Of a stretch of 64,000 nucleotides of DNA, positions 56,069 to 64,000 are shown in pieces. The position numbers were made by a program, and so were the translations under genes. This DNA comes from the human T2T-CHM13v2.0 reference genome, Homo sapiens. Every line of letters starts with the position of its first letter. The stretch's first letter is position 1. The DNA is taken from NCBI RefSeq assembly GCF_009914755.1, contig NC_060936.1; one strand, written 5' to 3'. The notes beneath the pieces are model-generated. The model ran no database searches. It saw only the letters and a program-made list of their open reading frames with translations, and was not told where the DNA came from.

Positions 56069-57679
56069 GTACTTTTCAATGGCATGAACCAATAAATTCC
56101 ATTTTTCTTTACACCGGGTTAGATTGTATTTTTTTTAATCCCTTAGAACTTAAAAGAGCCCAATTGCCACAGCTTCATAGTGTAACCCCTCTCATCTACT
56201 CCTCAGTATTCTGCTACCCGTGGACAGGATATTTTTAACCCTCTTAGGCAACTCAGAAATGAGGAAAAGAGATAGCTAAAGTTGTCAGGAAATGGAACAA
56301 GATGCTTGTGAAAATGTATATTCACTCTTTATTCATGATATAATAATAATAAAATTATTAGTGCCAGTGAAGAGATCAGCCCCTTTATTTTCACAGGTTA
56401 TAGAATTAGGACATGGAGGAGTAAAATAAAATCTGCATAGCTCGGGAAACTAATATCAGAACCCATAGCCCCTGATGGCTATGTCAGGATTCTTTTCATT
56501 CTACTTCATGGTACTTACCTGAATTTTTCATAGTACAGAGATGAGGGATATACTTTTAATCTCTGAGTTGGTTCACCTGTTTGATAAAAACTCCTCTGAA
56601 GTTGTTTTTGTGTATTTTTTAAACAAAAGGCCATTTAAATAAAATATGCACCAATCTACCAAGATCCTCTGTTAAGTCCAAAGTAGCAAAATAAGTGGTG
56701 TAGAAGAGTGTTTTTTCATTTAAACAATTTTAAAAAATAGAAGTGATGCAAATAAATGCATGTCTCTTTCTGGAAAAATCACATATGCTACAATCTAAAC
56801 TGAGATCTTTGTAGATGTGACTTCAATTATAGTATGTATGAGGTAATCAATAATTATAGAAGGCAGCTTCTCAAAGGCAACAACGGACCTCAGAACCAGG
56901 ATTGGGATTTGAAATTTAGAATACCTTTTTTCCATCCCATAATGTTAATTCCACATTCAGGGCATAAACTTTTAGTCTGAAGAACTAACAGGGAGCAGAA
57001 ATAACACTATTTTACTTGCGCAAATTTTTAAAGAGGAATCACGTACAGGGGGATGGATATTTTTTATTTATTGAATGTTCTCAGCATTTCTCATTGGTGT
57101 CTCTAAGCAGCAGAACTAAGATCAATAGGAAGGCATAAAGCTGCAAGATGGGAATGAAAAATGAGATTAAGAGTAATGCTTGTAAAAGTGCAAAGATACC
57201 TGCTTAAGAGACAGCAGGGGCTGCGTGACCCAGGCCCTCTTAAGCTGTCCTCTCTTCTTGCATGACAGTCCCAATGTTGCAGGCCCTTGGAAAAGGCTCC
57301 TTTCAAAGTGTGGAGAAATAGAAGGCAAAGTGCAGATAGAGACAGTGACAGAGAGCAGGAGACTTCAAGGGAAATAACCATGCAGTCGCAGATGAGATGT
57401 TTGCTGCTGCCCTAAATACACATGACTGTGATGTGGCTGTTTTTGAGTTGTTCCTTATTTTCCCACAAATGTACTAACAAATCCAAATGAGTGTTTTCAT
57501 TCAGAATAGTCATCTTAACAGTACATGTATTGCAACACAGTAGCCATTGCTTAAATACCTTTGGGATCGCTTTTATTCTTTTAATATATTCAGAGCTAAT
57601 AAACATTTGTCAGTTGAGTTTTGGGAACTGCAAGAAGCCTACAAGTGCCAAGTTTGGTGAATAAAGCTATTATTTGAGT

Positions 57680-57730
57680 CCCTCCCTCCCTCCCTCCCTT
57701 CCTTCCTTCCTTCCTTCCTTCTTTCCTTCT
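57680..57730. repeat. (CCCT)n/(CCTT)n microsatellite
   Basis: ccctccctccctccctcccttccttccttcc... Confidence 0.9.
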
Positions 57731-57916
57731 GTCCACAATTGGTAATCAAAAATGGAGACTCAATATAAACTACTAGAATTTACCTTCTTGTATGGTTTAT
57801 AAAATGATGCGGAAGGTGTAAGAAAGAGTGAAAAATGACAACATCATAAGTAGAGGCTCCCAAGGTAACTATTCTGAAGGTTCCAATATTCAGGAACATT
57901 TGGTTATGCTTGTAAA

Positions 57917-57918
<2 letters not shown>

Positions 57919-57959
<41 letters not shown>
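57919..57959. repeat. (CA)20 microsatellite
   Basis: Uninterrupted AC run. Confidence 0.97.
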
Positions 57960-57963
<4 letters not shown>

Positions 57964-59046
57964 CACACATACCAGCTTGTGTACAGATTGCAGTGTTTTC
58001 AAGTATCTTTGTTGTGTAAAAAGATACCTGTGTAGCTTTATTTTATGTAGCTCTACTAAATACACATTCAGAGACTCTATTATTCCACAGTTATAAATAC
58101 TACCAGCCAAGTGAATTCTGAGTTTGCTCTGTTTCTGATCTAAGCTCCATCAAGTCATTAATTTCTCCTTTTTCCTGGGGCTGATCTAAGCTGTGAGGTT
58201 TTCAGTCTCAATCAAGTGAAGAGGAGAGTTAGTATCTATCCTTGGTCATTACCTGTCCTGCACTGATCTCTCCTGAGATACACAATTCTTCCATTTGGTC
58301 CTCCACGCTGCTCCCTGCTGCCTTGCCCCTGTGTCATGACTACAAGCCCATTTGGGGTCACTTGTTCTCTCTCTTGCTCTCACTCCCGCTCTCACTCCCG
58401 CTCTCCTCTCTCTTTTAGAGCTAACTTCTGTTTCACAAAAATGTGGGAAAGAGGGAAGGATCAGTGTATCTCCCACAGCTTTTAGAGGTGCTGGAGACTT
58501 AGGGAACTCTTGGATCCTCTGCCCCAGACATTTCTTGAAGCCATTTGGCTCTATTGCTGCCTTGCTTTAGTGGTGTAGAAAAAACGACAGCAACCCTATA
58601 AAGGTATGCCTGGCACACAACAGGATCTCTCTGAATATTTATTGATTGATTGGCTGGCTGGCTGAATGAATGCAAATGCTATTTCCCAGAGTTCCATAGG
58701 GTATATGTTTTCTCTTCTATTATGTTCTCCGAATAACGTAAGGATTCTATAGTCTTCTCTACTCTCATTGAAACTCATCCTGGATGAGGTGGAGAGAAGA
58801 GGATAAGGCCTCTTCACAGGGACCCTGCAAGAATAATTCTAGATCTCTGAGGAGTTTCTGTAGTCATGTAAGGAGGCTGCCAAGTGTCCCACCTCATTTG
58901 GTTAAATTATGCTCATCTTTTAGGTGTCAGATGAGACCACCTTAACTTTTCTTTAGACTGTGTGCTCCATGAGGAGTCTTTTCTGTTCTGTCCTCATCAC
59001 CATTTTATTAGTAGGTATTGTGCTTGGCATATCAGGTTGTCAATAT

Positions 59047-59345
59047 TTTTGTTTGTTTGTTTTTTGAGATGACCTCACCTGTTGCCCAGGCTAGAATGCA
59101 GTGGTGTGATCATAGCTCACTGCAGCCTTGAACTCCTGGGCTCAAGCAACCCTCCTGCTTCAGCCTCCTGAGTAGCTAGCAATACAGGCACACCAGTGTG
59201 TCTGGCTAATTTTTTATTTTTATTTTTGTACAGATAGGATCTTACTGTGCTGTCCAGGCTGGTCTCAAACTCCTGGCCTTAAGCAGTTCTCCTGCTTTAG
59301 CCTCCCATAGTGCTGGGATTATAGGTATGAGCCACCACACTCGAT
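59047..59345 (-). mobile_element. AluJ (Jo/Jr-like) inserted in an L2 3' end
   Basis: gatcatagctcactgcagccttgaactcctgggctcaag; TSD tcaatatttttg / tcgatatctttg. Confidence 0.92.
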
Positions 59346-60046
59346 CGATATCTTTGAAATAATTAATGTGAATATGAATAATTGAACTCTTTGAGCTAGG
59401 CTTGGTATTTCTGAGTGTTACTCAAGTTTTCTAGATTTTGCTAGTTTAGCTATCTCAGAAGACTGGAAATAATTGTTTTTTTACTGTCTTCATTTTTGCA
59501 AACCTGAACATAGTGGGTTAAGAGGGAAAAGTCACAATTCCCAAGTAAACATCCTTTATGCTCTCAAAAGCTAAGGGAGGTAATCTGGTTTTAAGATGCC
59601 ATTTATTTAACTTTTCAGATAGTTTCTTAAACATTTTTTTGCACATATTAAATGTCCTGTTAGAGTGCTTTGGGAGAAGTTGAGATCTAACAAAGTCAGT
59701 AATCATATGTAAATTTTTGGTTGTATAACCAACAATCCATTTCTTACAATTCAGATTCCTCAGTGACCATAAATGACTTTGAAAGGAAGAGTACTCGTCA
59801 CCAACTAGTACAGGGAAATCTCCAATGGACACTTTGCACAGTGAAGATTAGAAATGGCTGGTAAATCTTTAATGGACAATTGCCTTTATTCTTCATGGGT
59901 TTATGAGAACAGCTGCACCAAACTTACTAAATTAAAATATTCTGTATTCTGCTGAGAAGGGTCAACTTTTCTTTCCTTTCACCCTCCCTTCTTCTGTCAC
60001 TCCCTTCCTTTTCCTTCTTTCTTTTTATTTTACCTGTAATATTTCC

Positions 60047-60342
60047 TTTTTTTTTCTTCCGGAGACGGAGTCTTGCTCTGTCACCCAGGCTGCAGTTCAA
60101 TGGGGCGATTTCAGCTCACTGCAACTTCCACCTTCCAAGTTCAAGTGATTCTCATGCCTCAGCCTCCCAAGTAGCTGAGATTACAGGCATGTGCCACCAC
60201 ACCCAGCTGATTTTTGTATTTTTAGTAGAGACGGGGTTTTGCCATGTTGGCCAGGCTGGTCTTGAACTCCTGACCCCAAATGATCCTCCCACTGTGGCCT
60301 CCTGAAGTGTTGGGATTACAGGCATTAGCCACCACCCCGGCC
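60047..60342 (-). mobile_element. AluSx/Sz-like
   Basis: Full dimer; TSD cct(g/a)taatatttc. Confidence 0.93.
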
Positions 60343-61064
60343 CATTCCCTATAATATTTCTAAGCCAACGTGTCTTTAACCTTCAACTAGATTTGCACAG
60401 AAGTAGTTGTTTTTATGACTGGCATATGTGGGGGTGAGAAGAATACTTATTTCTGGTTGTTTAAACCTCATCCATATCCAATTCAGCTATACATAGGAGC
60501 AAAATTCTTTTCAGGATAAAGAATAAAATCCAAGAAATATACTTAATAATATGCGACTTCCTCTGGGTACATGCCTTCCTTTCATCAGACACCAAAGAGT
60601 TATTATATGTCCTCAGGGTAAAAACCAAAATTCATCTAGCGCATGCAATATTTGATCTTTATTAACTTGGATTCATCACTTCAAGACAGCACAGTCAATA
60701 GGAAGGGTGAGAGTTAGATGTTGTTCCTTTATGTTAGATTTGGGGAAGATTATTTAACTATAGTTTTGAAATCTGGGGCAAGCATATATTCAATGTGTTT
60801 TTTTATTTCTTCTTCCTTTTCCCTTAGTTTTGACAGTGGATCTTCCAAACATTCGACGAGAAAATTGGATTATCAAAAAAAGTCTATTAAACAACTAATT
60901 GCCTATGTCATTGACATACTGACTGCATTTATAGCACATTAAAAAAGTCTCTATTATATCTAAAATATGCAAAAAGGACTGAGGATTTCACAGTGAACTT
61001 TTGTGCATGCAAGTCCTAATTTCATTTATCAATTCACAGCCAATTGTAATTTATCTAAACTCTC

Positions 61065-61600
61065 ACCCACTTCCCCTTAGGTTAAATTATTTTGAAGCAG
61101 ATCCTAGACATTGTGGTATTTCTTTCATCAGTGTTTCTATGTGGATATACAAAAGATAAGATTCCTTTAAAAAAGCCATAATCACCACATCATCATCACA
61201 CCTACAATTATCAGTAATTCCTTAATATTATCAATTATGATCTCTTCAGATTTACCCATTTTTAAAAACATTTCTTTTATTAAATAAAGATCTAAATAAA
61301 TCCAAATATTGGAATTGGTTGATATAATTTTAACTTTTAATCTAAAGATGGCTCTTCTCTCTCTTTTTTAAAAAATGTATTTGTGACAGAAATTGAGTTT
61401 TTCATCTTGTGAGTCTCCCTTCGTCTTTATTTTGCTTATTGCATCCCTGCAGTGTCATTTAACATGTTCCTACCTCCCCTGTCTTTCCTGTAAATTGGTA
61501 GTTGGATCTGGAGGAGGTTTAATCTACTTCTTAGATGGTGGTGTGTGCTTCTATTAGGTGACGCCTAATGTCTAATTTTCTTTCTTTTGTTATAGCATGC
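61065..61600 (-). mobile_element. L1MC4/5-like 3' fragment
   Basis: attattttgaagcagatcctagaca...aaaagataagattc...cagtaattccttaatatta...cctgtaaattggtagtt. Confidence 0.7.
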
Positions 61601-62272
61601 ATTTTAACACTTGATCATACAACTTATTTTTTATTTATTTCATTAATGAATATTCAGTCTGGCAAAGGAGATTTTAAGTGCCTTTAGGGTGAGATTGGTT
61701 TCTTTGATATCCTGTGTAGTGCTTTTCTAAGGTTAGACTCACAGAATGTGGGCTACATTCTGTTTACTGACTTGCTGCATGCCTTCCAAACAAGAATGGG
61801 GCATACCTGTTGGCAAACATGGCAGATAAGTGGACTTAATTTCACTCATTATTAAGAGGCTTAAGCAGGAAGACAGATGAATTCAACAACTGCTGTTCAC
61901 TAAAGAGGAACAAAGTGAATGCTACCAAACCTTGCACTCTTTTAAAGAACAACTCTTCTGCAAGCATTCAATGGGCAATTGAGACCTTATTTGTTTCTTT
62001 GCATCTGTATGTGGTGACTGTATGATGCTCTAACTCCATTTTAAATTTAATTATCAGTGCCAATGAAGAAGAGACTTGTTATTTGTGTATTTGGAGAAAT
62101 TCCAAATTCCACGGACTGAAGACTTGTTGTGATGAATTGACCAGCACTTTTTGTTCTGACAAATAAGATTTCTGCTGCTTCATCTCTTTTAGCCCTACAA
62201 TTGGATGCACTTAGGGTCTGGTATCAAAGTGATTGGTATTGATGGATAAAAATTTTGTTTGGAGTAAAATAA

Positions 62273-62615
<343 letters not shown>

Positions 62616-62826
62616 AGTTTTTCTTAAATAGTAGTAAGAAATATGTTAATAATTAACATATATGGATATGAATGGTTTGGAAGCACAGAAAATATCAAAT
62701 AAATATTTGCTGATTTAGGAGAAGGAAAAATAGTAAGTGACTAATTTGTATTGCCAGTCTCTATGTCTGAGGGTCTTTGCCACATGTGTTATGTATGTTA
62801 ATGTACAAAGTGCTGTGATGGGTAGA

Positions 62827-62939
62827 TTTTTTTTTTTTTTTCTTGAGACGGAGTCTCGCTCTGTCGCCCAGGCTGGAGTGCAGTGGCGCGATCTCGGCTG
62901 ACTGCAAGCTCCGCCTCCTGGGTTCACGCCATTCTCCTG
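62827..62939 (-). mobile_element. 5'-truncated AluY inserted in a MIR (MIR spans about 62770-63085)
   Basis: gagacggagtctcgc...ttcacgccattctcctg; TSD gatgg(gt/cc)agatt; MIR continues attttacagatagggaaact. Confidence 0.93.
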
Positions 62940-63499
62940 GATGGCCAGATTCTTACTCCTATTTTACAGATAGGGAAACTACAGTTCAGAGATTAAATAA
63001 TATGCCAAAGTCTTCCCAGCTACTACCTGGTAGAGACTTAGCTGAAATCCGAAGCTATCTGATTCCCAAGCCTATGCACTTTCCACCCTACCAGCTTTTC
63101 CAAAGTGTCTAGAGAAGGCCAGTGCTGAGAAATGCTCCCTGAGTAAAGGATTATGTCACCTTATGAATTGAGAAGACTCTGAATAGCAAACCCATTTCTT
63201 AGCAAATTCCCAATGCATATAATAAAGTTTCTGAGAAGTCTTATAGAAATTAAACTAAATTAAGTTTGTTAAATCCAGCATTGGATTATGAAAACTTTTC
63301 TCTTTTCCTTATAATTCTTTGGGAAATACATACTTTACTGGGCTGGACTGAGAATCAGTGGTCCTGGACGCTTTACCAGCTAAGTAGGTAAAACTGTTTA
63401 CCTGGGGATAAGTTACATTACCTCTCTGGGCCTAGAATTCGACATTTATAAAATAAAACTCTGGCTAGATATTTTCTAAGATCCTTCTTGAGTATAAAT

Positions 63500-63760
63500 G
63501 CTTGATGACTCCAACCCATTTCCATATGAACAAAACCCATTATGCTTTGTTTAGATTACCAACAAGATACCTGAAATCTCCACTCAATTTCCTACAGACA
63601 TCTCAAATTCATTATGTACCAATGTGTTCTTATCCATTCCACCTCCCCATCCTCCTGCATTTCTTTATCTCTGTCACATTACCAGTCACTTAAGTTGTTT
63701 AATCCAGAAACCTAGTAGTGATCCTGGACTCCTTTTTCCTTTGTCACCATCACATCCAAT
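63500..63760 (+). mobile_element. L2 fragment
   Basis: tgatgactccaa...atctccact...acagacatctcaaattca...aaacctagtagtgatcctggactcct...cacatccaatc. Confidence 0.75.
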
Positions 63761-63761
63761 C

Positions 63762-63975
63762 AGTATAGCTTAGCAATTAAATGTGTGGGCTTCAGTACTG
63801 GAGACTACAAATCCTGGCTCTACTTGCAGGAAAATTAGAGAGCAGCTTGAATTCTCTGTGTCTCAGATTCTTTATAAATAAAATGCATACAATAATTCCA
63901 AGATATAAATTTATTGTGAAAATTACACAAGAGATAATCACATGCATAATGGAAATTCAATAAATGGTTCCTTCC
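63762..63975 (+). mobile_element. MIR
   Basis: aaatcctggctctact...tctctgtgtctcagattctt...gagataat. Confidence 0.75.
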
Positions 63976-64000
63976 TATTATTCTATCTTTAAATCTCTTA

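Larger units (their letters stand above)
54153..56171 (+). mobile_element. MLT1K-like LTR split by MER45B and MLT1B
   Basis: ggcatccatttacc...cacagtgattggctcag...gggtcctgaca; resumes acttttcaatggcatgaaccaataaattcc...gccaca. Confidence 0.7.

Noticed and set aside
58370-58405. 12-bp tandem gctctcactccc x2
   Set aside because: Ordinary slippage in a CT-rich tract

Overview
AT-rich primate (human-like) non-coding genomic DNA, either intergenic or deep intronic. I cannot support any protein-coding exon, RNA gene or processed pseudogene. The ORF track is consistent with chance ORFs, and several of them are translations of Alu, LTR or microsatellite sequence. Much of the window is interspersed repeat: 15 Alus (3 of them 5'-truncated with clear target-site duplications, TSDs), many MIR/L2/L1 relics, MaLR/ERV LTRs and hAT DNA transposons (MER20, MER5, a full-length MER45B). 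Most notable: (i) a perfect 85-bp tandem duplication starting at an AG|GT, whose junction builds a strong 3' splice site (35657-35827); (ii) a ~120-bp, ~93% identical direct repeat of apparently unique DNA 559 bp apart (48300-48979); (iii) a two-LTR MLT1J/L-type MaLR provirus inside a five-level nest, L2 > provirus > MLT1B > LTR8 > Alu (24945-30560); (iv) several repeat-poor, motif-dense enhancer candidates and isolated non-coding exon candidates. I do not see evidence for a genuinely new biological system. Repeat subfamily names come from recalled consensus similarity and need Dfam/RepeatMasker confirmation; boundaries of old elements are approximate. The locus and any host gene could not be identified.
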